Below are positions 1 through 7,123 of a DNA stretch of 64,000 nt, piece after piece. The translations under genes were made by a program, and so were the position numbers. Below the pieces are notes generated by a model. That model was given only the letters and a program-made list of their open reading frames with translations. It was not told the origin of the DNA and did not search any database. Source of the DNA: Candidatus Giovannonibacteria bacterium (GTDB lineage: Bacteria; Patescibacteriota; Minisyncoccia; UBA11713; 2-01-FULL-45-33); contig JACOXN010000008.1 of assembly GCA_016176295.1 (NCBI GenBank), positions 4,638-68,637 on the forward strand, read 5' to 3'. Position 1 is the first letter of the stretch. Each line of letters begins with the position of its first letter.

Positions 1-447
1 GTCCATAATCGCATCGTGATCTCCCAAAAGTTCGATGCCGAACTGGTGGAATTCCCGGAGCCTCCCCTTTTGCGGATTTTCATGCCGGAAAAAAGAACCT
101 GAATAATAAAGCTTGACTGGATGCGGCCAGGAAACCATGCCATTCTCCGCATAAGCGCGCACGATGGGAGCGGTCCCTTCCGGACGAAGCGTTAAAGAAT
201 CCCCGCCTTTGGTCTTTAAAGTGTACATTTGTTTTTCCACCACATCGCTTGCATCACCCAACGGCCTCTCAAAAAGTTCAGTGTGCTCCAAATGCGGCGT
301 CTTTATCGGCTGGAAACCGTAAAACTCCGCTATCTCACGGGCCTTTTCCAAAATCTTCTCCTTATAACGGATATCGGCAACAAGCATGTCACGCATGCCT
401 TTTGGGGACCTCACCATTTCTTTTTTTTGCTTTAATTTTTTCGGCAT
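1..447 (-). CDS. hisS: histidine--tRNA ligase, N-terminal part (gene continues off the left edge)
   Basis: Manual minus-strand translation from ATG at 447: MPKKLKQKKEMVRSPKGMRDMLVADIRYKEKILEKAREIAEFYGFQPIKTP...TLRPEGTAPIVRAY...FRHENPQKGRLREFHQFGIELLG. These are class II HisRS motifs. Absent from the ORF track because no stop lies in the window. Confidence 0.85.
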   Translation of the reverse strand, partial: MPKKLKQKKEMVRSPKGMRDMLVADIRYKEKILEKAREIAEFYGFQPIKTPHLEHTELFERPLGDASDVVEKQMYTLKTKGGDSLTLRPEGTAPIVRAYAENGMVSWPHPVKLYYSGSFFRHENPQKGRLREFHQFGIELLGDHDAIMD

Positions 448-451
448 ATTT

Positions 452-1021
452 TTATCCTTTTTTAATGAAACCTAATTTAGTAACCGGCCATAGCCTCAAA
501 AACGCACGGCCGACTATTTTTTCTTTTTTAACCGGGCCCCAAAAGCGGGAATCCGAGCTTTGCGAGCGGTTGTCCCCCAAAACGAAATACTCGTCTTCTT
601 TGAGCACGGTAGACGAGTCCGGCGCAGTTTCGAAATTCTTCGGCAGATACGCCTCCTCAAGCGTTCTTAGCTCTCCCGCCGCATTTTTTATCTCGACTTT
701 GCCGCCTTTGACGACCACCGTCTCTCCCGGCATGCCAATTATGCGTTTTATGAAAAACTCCGCAGGATTAACCGGATAATGGAAAATAATGACTTCCTGC
801 CTTTCCGGTTCGCGCAAAATATAAGAAAGCTCGTCCACTATCAAATATTCGCCGTTATCAAAATTCGGCTCCATCGAAGCCCCCGAAACAATAAAAGGCT
901 GGGCTACAAAAGCCCGTATCGGCAGCACTATGAGGAGCGATATGATAACTATTTTTACGAATTCCCAAAGACCTCCTTTTTCTGAATTTTCATCCGGAGC
1001 CGAAGCTTCCTTTTCGTCCAT
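452..1021 (-). CDS. lepB: signal peptidase I (S26 family)
   Basis: 189-aa ORF with an N-terminal TM helix and S26 boxes SGASMEPN, KRIIGMPGE and GDNRSQSSDSRFWGPV. Confidence 0.9.
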   Translation of the reverse strand: MDEKEASAPDENSEKGGLWEFVKIVIISLLIVLPIRAFVAQPFIVSGASMEPNFDNGEYLIVDELSYILREPERQEVIIFHYPVNPAEFFIKRIIGMPGETVVVKGGKVEIKNAAGELRTLEEAYLPKNFETAPDSSTVLKEDEYFVLGDNRSQSSDSRFWGPVKKEKIVGRAFLRLWPVTKLGFIKKG

Positions 1022-1073
1022 AATTTACCTACTTTACTCTAATTTTACTTACTATGCAAATTGGGATAAGGTA

Positions 1074-1185
1074 AAATGAGCGGAAAAGAAAAATTCGTGG
1101 CCGGTAGCCGAGACCCGACTTTGGGCTGGCCTGAAAGGCCCTAAAATGAGCGTAGGCGCTACGAATTTTTCTTTTCCGCTCATTT
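1074..1185. repeat. 112-bp element with perfect 25-bp terminal inverted repeats (MITE-like or structured RNA)
   Basis: 1074-1098 AAATGAGCGGAAAAGAAAAATTCGT is the exact reverse complement of 1161-1185. The 62-nt interior has small hairpins (GGCC-TGAAA-GGCC, CGTAG-GCG-CTACG) and an 11-nt internal direct repeat TAAAATGAGCG (1072-1082 / 1142-1152). Confidence 0.8.
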
Positions 1186-1189
1186 GAAC

Positions 1190-1759
1190 ATGAAAAAACT
1201 TACAATTTTAGGTCTCGGAAATCCCGGCGCTGAATACGAAAAAACCAGGCATAACGCCGGCAGAATGGCGGCGGCTTATTTTTCCAAAGCGGCCGATTTT
1301 GAGGATTTCAGGCCCGACAAAAAATCAAATGCCCTCATTGCAGAAGGAAAATTGGCTAATAAGAGCATTATAGTGGCGCTCCCTGAAACTTTCATGAATA
1401 AATCCGGAATTTCGGCCGCAAAACTGCTTCACCCCAAAAAAGATATGCCCGACCTTATAATACTGCACGACGACCTGGATATTCCGCTCGGCCTCTTCAA
1501 AATCTCATTCGCTAAAAATTCCGGCGGGCATAAAGGCGTGGAATCGGTCATGCGGGCCATCAAAACCAAGAATTTTTACCGGGTGCGCATCGGAGTCTCT
1601 CCGAAGAAAAAACCGGATGACGTTATAAAGTTCATAATCGGCAAGTTCAAACCTGCGGAAGAAGCTGAATTCAAAAAAATCCTAAAAAAAGTTTCGCAAG
1701 CGCTGGAAATGATGATAACCGACTCCCCCGAGCGCGCCATGAGCGAGTTTAATAAGTGA
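1190..1759 (+). CDS. pth: peptidyl-tRNA hydrolase
   Basis: ORF 1184..1759. ATG at 1190 gives MKKLTILGLGNPGAEYEKTRHNAG, the canonical Pth N-terminus. The TTG at 1184 in the track is less likely. Confidence 0.92.
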   Translation: MKKLTILGLGNPGAEYEKTRHNAGRMAAAYFSKAADFEDFRPDKKSNALIAEGKLANKSIIVALPETFMNKSGISAAKLLHPKKDMPDLIILHDDLDIPLGLFKISFAKNSGGHKGVESVMRAIKTKNFYRVRIGVSPKKKPDDVIKFIIGKFKPAEEAEFKKILKKVSQALEMMITDSPERAMSEFNK

Positions 1760-1777
1760 TATGGAATGGAGAAAAAT

Positions 1778-1813
1778 TTTATAACAATTTTGACCGATCG
1801 GTTTTATCTGTTA
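1778..1813 (+). repeat. direct repeat copy 1 (36 bp; the last 20 bp are perfect) upstream of the PaaX-like gene
   Basis: TTTATAACAATTTTGA-CCGATCGGTTTTATCTGTTA. The 20-bp core 1794-1813 is identical to 2390-2409 and contains the palindrome CCGATCGG. Confidence 0.85.
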
Positions 1814-1825
1814 TAAAGTTCCTTT

Positions 1826-2380
1826 ATGCCTAAAAATTACTTTTTAAGGAACAAAAAACCCACTTTGACAATCCAAATTTTAAAAACCGTCTGTGAGGTG
1901 GGAAGTATAACTATCGATTCATTCTTCCCCGCAAAATACCCGCAAGCAAAACTGGGCAGGAAAATATTCGACATTGACCCCGCACATGAATTCAACAGAG
2001 CCACTTTTTCGGCTATTTTATGGAGATTGCGGAAACAAGGGCTAATTGAGAGAAAACAAAACAAATGGTTGCCGACTGCCCTAGGAAAAAAATCAGCTGA
2101 GAAAACCAAGTTTAATCGGTTCCCTATCGCTAAAAAGGACGGAATAGCTCGGTTGGTAATTTTTGACATCCGGGAAAAAGAGCGGCAAAAAAGAGTTTGG
2201 CTTAGACTGGAGCTTATCGCCAACGACTACAAATTACTCCAAAAAAGTGTTTGGATCGGCTACCGTCCGCTTTCCAAAGGGTTTTTTGAAACGCTGGAGG
2301 ATTTAGGTTTACTAAATTCAGTTCATATATTCAGCATAAATCAAACCGGGACATTAGAATCTTTAAATACAGATTTATAA
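1826..2380 (+). CDS. PaaX-like transcriptional regulator (winged helix + Cas2-like ferredoxin-fold module)
   Basis: 184-aa ORF. A wHTH-like segment ILWRLRKQGLIERK is followed by ARLVIFDIREKERQKRVWLRLEL..LLQKSVWI, which resembles the PaaX/Cas2-like module. Family assigned from memory only. Confidence 0.55.
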   Translation: MPKNYFLRNKKPTLTIQILKTVCEVGSITIDSFFPAKYPQAKLGRKIFDIDPAHEFNRATFSAILWRLRKQGLIERKQNKWLPTALGKKSAEKTKFNRFPIAKKDGIARLVIFDIREKERQKRVWLRLELIANDYKLLQKSVWIGYRPLSKGFFETLEDLGLLNSVHIFSINQTGTLESLNTDL

Positions 2381-2409
2381 CAAATTAAGCCGATCGGTTT
2401 TATCTGTTA
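2374..2409 (+). repeat. direct repeat copy 2 (overlaps the stop codon of the PaaX-like gene, upstream of mfd)
   Basis: TTTATAACAAATTAAG-CCGATCGGTTTTATCTGTTA. It matches copy 1 at 31/36 positions, with a perfect 20-bp core. Confidence 0.85.
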
Positions 2410-2501
2410 CAAGTGTTGATTTTTGGCAATAACCTGATAACCTGGAATCACTGGCAGAGGATATAAACAAACTTTTAATAGCCGCGGTTACCCCCTCTCT
2501 T

Positions 2502-4445
2502 TTGGAAAAGGGGGCGGATTGGTTTTTGCACAATTTCAAAGATATAGAAAAAAATCGCCTTCGGGACAGCTGGTGGGAGCGGCATACTTTGATGCTGGAG
2601 GTCGGGCAAAAAATCACTCTTTCCGAATTCGCGAGAAATCTGGCTGATCTGGGCTACGGAAAAGTGTGGGAAGCTTCCTACCGCGGAGAATTTTCTCAGA
2701 AAGGAGGAATTATCCGTATTTTCCCGATAAATTCGGACAAACTCTATTCAATCGAATTTTACGGAAATAGCATCGAAAACATCTCACTTTTCTCGGCATT
2801 TGTAAACTCTTCTGCAGCTCCTCTTCTGAAAGGCAAAAAATCACCCCTTTCCCCTTCGTCCCCTTCCCCCTTACTAAGGGGGAAGGGGCAGGGGTTAGGG
2901 GTATTGCCCGAAGACTATGTCGTCCACATTGACCATGGAATCGGGATTTTCCGCAAAGAAACCGATGAAGATTTCGTAATCGAATATGCCGCTCCCAAAA
3001 ATAGGCTGACGGAACCGGATTTGCTTTACGTACCGAAAAAACACATTGGCCGGATACAACCTTATCTGGGTTTTAAAAAACCGGAAATACACCGCTTAGG
3101 AACGGCGCTTTGGGAGATAACAAAAAAAAGAGCCAAAGAAGATATCATTGAATTTGCCAAAGAACTGATAAAGATACTGGCCGATAGAAAGTTGGCTTCG
3201 CGAGCGGCATATGCTTATTTCCGCGAGCTTGAGGAAAATCTTGAAGCAACTTTCCCTCATGAGGATACAGAAGATCAGAAGCGCGCGATAGAGGAAATAC
3301 GGGAAGACCTGGAAAAAACCGAACCCATGGACCGGCTTTTAGTGGGAGAAGTTGGTTTCGGCAAAACGGAAATAGCGGTACGCTCCGCTTTCAAAGCGGT
3401 GCTCAACAACAAACAGGTTGTCATTCTGGCGCCCACAACCATATTGGCGGACCAGCATACGGAAATTTTTAAAAAACGCCTGGAGGAATTCGGAGTGAAT
3501 ATCGCCAGGTTAACCCGGCTGGAAAAACCTAAGGCGGTTAAAGAAATTTCCAAAGAACTGGAAGCAGGAACAATAGACATCGTTATCGGCACCCACAAAG
3601 TGCTTGGAAAATATCTCAAATTCAAGAACCTCGGCCTTTTGGTGATTGATGAGGAACAAAAATTCGGGGTCGCGCAAAAAGAGCATTTCAAAAAATCATT
3701 CCCTTCATTGGACATTCTGGCGCTATCGGCCACGCCCATTCCGAGGACCTTAAATATGGCTCTTTCGCAAATACAACCCATCTCTTACATCAACACTCCC
3801 CCGCCCGGGCGACAGGACATTAAAACATTCGTTCTCCCGAAGCCAGCCCGTAGCAGAAATAATGTTATTAAGGAAGCGATTGTATTCGAATTAGCGCGCG
3901 GAGGACAAATTTATTTTCTGGCAAACCGCATCCATAAAATACCCAGAATACTGATGGAACTGGAATCATTAAAAACGAAAGCTAAAATCGCGGTGCTTCA
4001 CGGCAGGATGCCGGTGAACCAAATAATACGGACAATGCGCGAGTTCCGGGAGAAAAAATTCGATATGCTGGTTTCCACGACCATAATCGAAAACGGACTC
4101 GACCTTTCGAACGCCAATACGCTGATAGTTGAGGACTCGACCAAGCTGGGGCTAGCCGAATCACATCAGCTCCGCGGGCGCATCGGACGCGGGACAAAAG
4201 AAGGATACGCCTATTTTCTCTATCCGACGCACAAATTAAAGGAGCGCGCGGCCGAAAGACTTGAGGCTTTGGAAAGATACTCCTGGCTGGGAGCCGGGAT
4301 TGAAATTGCAAAACGCGACCTGGAAATTCGCGGTTGCGGCAACATTCTGGGCAAAGCCCAATCCGGAGTTGCCTACAAAATCGGACTTAATCTCTATTTC
4401 CAGCTCCTGGAGGAAGCCGTGGCGGAATTAAAAACCGCGCAATAA
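2502..4445 (+). CDS. mfd: transcription-repair coupling factor, short form
   Basis: 647-aa ORF with GEFSQKGGIIRIFP..IEFYGNSIENI, RID-like DYVVHIDHGIGIF, and SF2 motifs GEVGFGKTE, VIDEEQKFG, LSATPIPRT, TTIIENGLD, HQLRGRIGRG. Confidence 0.88.
   Translation: MEKGADWFLHNFKDIEKNRLRDSWWERHTLMLEVGQKITLSEFARNLADLGYGKVWEASYRGEFSQKGGIIRIFPINSDKLYSIEFYGNSIENISLFSAFVNSSAAPLLKGKKSPLSPSSPSPLLRGKGQGLGVLPEDYVVHIDHGIGIFRKETDEDFVIEYAAPKNRLTEPDLLYVPKKHIGRIQPYLGFKKPEIHRLGTALWEITKKRAKEDIIEFAKELIKILADRKLASRAAYAYFRELEENLEATFPHEDTEDQKRAIEEIREDLEKTEPMDRLLVGEVGFGKTEIAVRSAFKAVLNNKQVVILAPTTILADQHTEIFKKRLEEFGVNIARLTRLEKPKAVKEISKELEAGTIDIVIGTHKVLGKYLKFKNLGLLVIDEEQKFGVAQKEHFKKSFPSLDILALSATPIPRTLNMALSQIQPISYINTPPPGRQDIKTFVLPKPARSRNNVIKEAIVFELARGGQIYFLANRIHKIPRILMELESLKTKAKIAVLHGRMPVNQIIRTMREFREKKFDMLVSTTIIENGLDLSNANTLIVEDSTKLGLAESHQLRGRIGRGTKEGYAYFLYPTHKLKERAAERLEALERYSWLGAGIEIAKRDLEIRGCGNILGKAQSGVAYKIGLNLYFQLLEEAVAELKTAQ
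2844..2901. repeat. C-tract/G-tract palindrome (potential i-motif/G-quadruplex pair) inside the mfd coding sequence
   Basis: CCCC-TTT-CCCC-TTCGT-CCCC-TT-CCCCC TTACTAA GGGGG-AA-GGGG-CA-GGGG-TTA-GGGG. The central 13-bp arms 2861-2873 / 2875-2887 are perfect reverse complements. The region encodes the low-complexity linker SPLSPSSPSPLLRGKGQGLGV. Confidence 0.8.
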
Positions 4446-4629
4446 AAATAAACAAAAAAAGTTTTATAGAAATATAAAAAGAAGATTCAAAGTAAAATAT
4501 GCTGCGCTTAATCCAAAGTTATTAAAACAAAAAAGCGACCGGTTTATCCACAAACTTTATGCGAATAAGTCGGCCACGCAAATTAAAGGCTTTAGATTTT
4601 TGTAGGCTGAAAAATCCTTATCCTTATCC

Positions 4630-4821
4630 TTAAGAAAGCCTAAGTGCCGCTTGAGCCTTCCTTATTGCCTTTGCAAAATCCATTAAATTCAATATTGTCG
4701 CCGTGGCATGCTCCGGGCAAAGCCGAATCGAATCAATTGACACGCATGATGGCTTATCACAGCTTCTCATATCTCCATTATCCCATACTCTTTCAGTGCA
4801 TGTCTCATTTTTGGATTTCAT
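4630..4821 (-). CDS. hypothetical small Cys-containing protein (63 aa)
   Basis: ATG at 4821 is preceded by AAGGAG with an 8-nt spacer. Product MKSKNETCTERVWDNGDMRSCDKPSCVSIDSIRLCPEH... has no recognised family. The track ORF 4630..4893 starts further upstream. Confidence 0.5.
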   Translation of the reverse strand: MKSKNETCTERVWDNGDMRSCDKPSCVSIDSIRLCPEHATATILNLMDFAKAIRKAQAALRLS

Positions 4822-4962
4822 TTCTCTCACTCCTTTCTTATGAAAGACTAACAAAAATCTAAATCCTCGCCAACACTTTAAAAAATTTAGCAAACTTTTA
4901 TATTTTTGTCAATATATATTGTACAAAAGCAAGCCTAGAAGTATAAGAAAAACCGCTTAGAG

Positions 4963-6168
4963 CTAAGCGCCTACCTGCCGGTCAGGCAGGGTTTTTTCTT
5001 CGTCAGTATCCTTTTTCTTTGGTTTCGGTTCCGCAGAGACGGCCGGCTCTTTTGGCTCATGCTTTTCACCGGGTTTTCCTAGATACGAGAGCGAAAGTTT
5101 TTTGTTCTCCGGCTGATAGACCATTATCTGAAAAACATAGTGTTCACCGACTTTCAGTATTTCACGCATTTTTGACTCAGTACCAAATTCAGAAATATGA
5201 GAAAGACCGTAAATACCGGAGGGCAGCAGAGTGAGAGCGCCGAATTTGTTGAGACGCAGTATCTTACCCTCCACGATATCGCCTTTTTTCTGTTTGTCTT
5301 TGGAAACTTCCCACGGATCGGGCCTCAAAGCTTTGACGGAAAGAGAAATCTTATCTCCTTCGATAACGATTATCTTGGCTTTTACCCGGTCTCCGGCTTT
5401 AAAAAGATTCCTTGGATCTTCCACCAGAGCCCAATCAAGTTCCGAAACGTGCGCCAAGCCCTCCAAACCTTCCTCTATCTTTATGAAAATTCCAAAATCA
5501 ACGACGCCGGTCACTTCGCCTTCCACCGTGTCGCCTATTTTGTATTTCCCCACGATTTCCTTAAGCTCCTCCGATTCTGAGCTCTTTTCTGAGAAAATAA
5601 GCTTGCCCTCCTTCGGTTCAAAATCCAAAATATTCACTGAAATGGTCTCACCCACCAGTTTTTTTAACTCCTCGGAGATCTTATCCTTGTCTCCGCCTTG
5701 CACCCTCGGGTAATGCGAAGCTTTAAGCTGCGAGGCGGGAAGAAATCCTTTCACGTTCTTCCATTCGAGCACCAGACCTCCTTTATTGGAATCAACGACT
5801 TCGAGGTCAATGAATTCTTTAGAGTCCCTGAGTTTAACAGCTTCTTTCCAGACCATTTCTTCTCCAGCTTCCTTGAGTGAAAGTTCCACCATACCGCTAT
5901 CGTTCTCGACTTCCACGATCTTTCCTGCAATCTTTTCCCCAACTTTTAGACTTTTCACCATGTCCCGCGCATTCTGAAATTCGCGGCCATAAATTATACC
6001 CGTGCCGTGCGGGCCCAAATCGAAAAAAACACGGGAGCCGCGCTTTTCCAAAACCACCCCTTCAACTAATTCTCCCACCTTCAAAAACTCCTTGGGGCGA
6101 GTCTTCAAAAGCTGCTCCATTATGTGTGTTGCTGTTTTGTTCGGTTCGGTTGTCGCCGTTTGAGTCAT
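4963..6168 (-). CDS. rpsA: 30S ribosomal protein S1
   Basis: 401-aa ORF with four S1/OB repeats (for example GELVEGVVLEK, GEKIAGKIVEV, GDTVEGEVTGVVDFGIFIKI..GLAHVSE, GDIVEGKILRL). Confidence 0.9.
   Translation of the reverse strand: MTQTATTEPNKTATHIMEQLLKTRPKEFLKVGELVEGVVLEKRGSRVFFDLGPHGTGIIYGREFQNARDMVKSLKVGEKIAGKIVEVENDSGMVELSLKEAGEEMVWKEAVKLRDSKEFIDLEVVDSNKGGLVLEWKNVKGFLPASQLKASHYPRVQGGDKDKISEELKKLVGETISVNILDFEPKEGKLIFSEKSSESEELKEIVGKYKIGDTVEGEVTGVVDFGIFIKIEEGLEGLAHVSELDWALVEDPRNLFKAGDRVKAKIIVIEGDKISLSVKALRPDPWEVSKDKQKKGDIVEGKILRLNKFGALTLLPSGIYGLSHISEFGTESKMREILKVGEHYVFQIMVYQPENKKLSLSYLGKPGEKHEPKEPAVSAEPKPKKKDTDEEKTLPDRQVGA
4969..4992. repeat. 24-nt palindromic element, copy A (inside the rpsA 3' end)
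   Basis: GCCTACCTGCCGGTCAGGCAGGGT followed by TTTTTT. Its reverse complement matches 41146-41168 at about 22/24. It encodes the S1 tail TLPDRQVGA. Confidence 0.7.
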
Positions 6169-6234
6169 GTGGTTCTTATTATAATCAGAAAATAAGGCTT
6201 GTCCAGACCCTCTTTCTCTGCTACCATCAGTACC

Positions 6235-6894
6235 ATGGTAATCACCTATTACGGTCTATCCTGTTTTAAAATACAGTCCGGCGACCTCGTGCTTGCAATT
6301 GACCCTTTTACCAGGGATTCCGGTCTTACTACTCCGCGTTTTCAGACGGATATCGCGCTTATTACCCATAAGCACGAAAACCACGGCAATCTCGACACTT
6401 TGAACCCGAAGCCGGAAAAAGAGATTTTTGAAATAACCGGTCCCGGGGAATATGAAGTTCATGGAGTGCGGATAAAAGGGTTCGAATCTTTTCATGACGC
6501 AAAGGAAGGAAAAAATAAAGGCAAGAACGCCATCTATCTCATCGAATGGGAGGATATGAAAATAGCGCACCTTGGAGACTACGGCGAAGCAACTCTGCGG
6601 GCCGAAGTGCAGGAGGCTTTGGATACCCCCGATATAATGTTCGTGCCCGTGGGAGGCGGAGGACACACCATAGATGCCGAAACGGCGGTCAAGCTCATCA
6701 ACCAAGTGAGCCCCAGAATAGTAGTTCCCATGCACTACAAAATCGGTTCGCTGAAAGACAAACTCGACCCGATAGATGACTTTTTGAAAGAAATGGGAGA
6801 AAAAGTTCCCCCGGAAGACCGTCTCTCGATCAAAAAAAGCGGCCTGCCCACGGATGAAGAATCAAGGATAGTGGTATTAAAATTGAATATATAA
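6235..6894 (+). CDS. metallo-beta-lactamase-fold hydrolase (UPF0173-like)
   Basis: ATG at 6235 gives MVITYYGLSCFKIQSGDLVLAIDPF...ITHKHENHGN...VVPMHY, typical of the small MBL-fold family. Confidence 0.75.
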   Translation: MVITYYGLSCFKIQSGDLVLAIDPFTRDSGLTTPRFQTDIALITHKHENHGNLDTLNPKPEKEIFEITGPGEYEVHGVRIKGFESFHDAKEGKNKGKNAIYLIEWEDMKIAHLGDYGEATLRAEVQEALDTPDIMFVPVGGGGHTIDAETAVKLINQVSPRIVVPMHYKIGSLKDKLDPIDDFLKEMGEKVPPEDRLSIKKSGLPTDEESRIVVLKLNI

Positions 6895-6895
6895 T

Positions 6896-7120
6896 ATGGG
6901 GTTAATCGGATTCATCGAACACTTGAGAAATAAGCCCGAAGAAACCAGAAAAGCGATAACGGCCGCCGCAGTTACGGTGATGACGGTGATAATCGTGGGA
7001 ATCTGGCTGCTTACCATCTCGCTTACGCCCGTGGAAAGAGTGAAGGCTGACGCCCCGAAAGAACCTGTCGAGCCTTCCCCTTTTACGCTTTTGTGGAATA
7101 TGTTAAAAGACGCGATATAA
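6896..7120 (+). CDS. hypothetical small membrane protein (74 aa)
   Basis: One predicted TM helix (AAAVTVMTVIIVGIWLLTI). Tightly packed between the MBL gene and gyrA. Confidence 0.5.
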   Translation: MGLIGFIEHLRNKPEETRKAITAAAVTVMTVIIVGIWLLTISLTPVERVKADAPKEPVEPSPFTLLWNMLKDAI

Positions 7121-7123
7121 CTT

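Noticed and set aside
1184-1189. TTG start for pth given in the ORF track
   Set aside because: ATG at 1190 yields the canonical MK..LGLGNPG N-terminus. The TTG lies inside the inverted-repeat arm.
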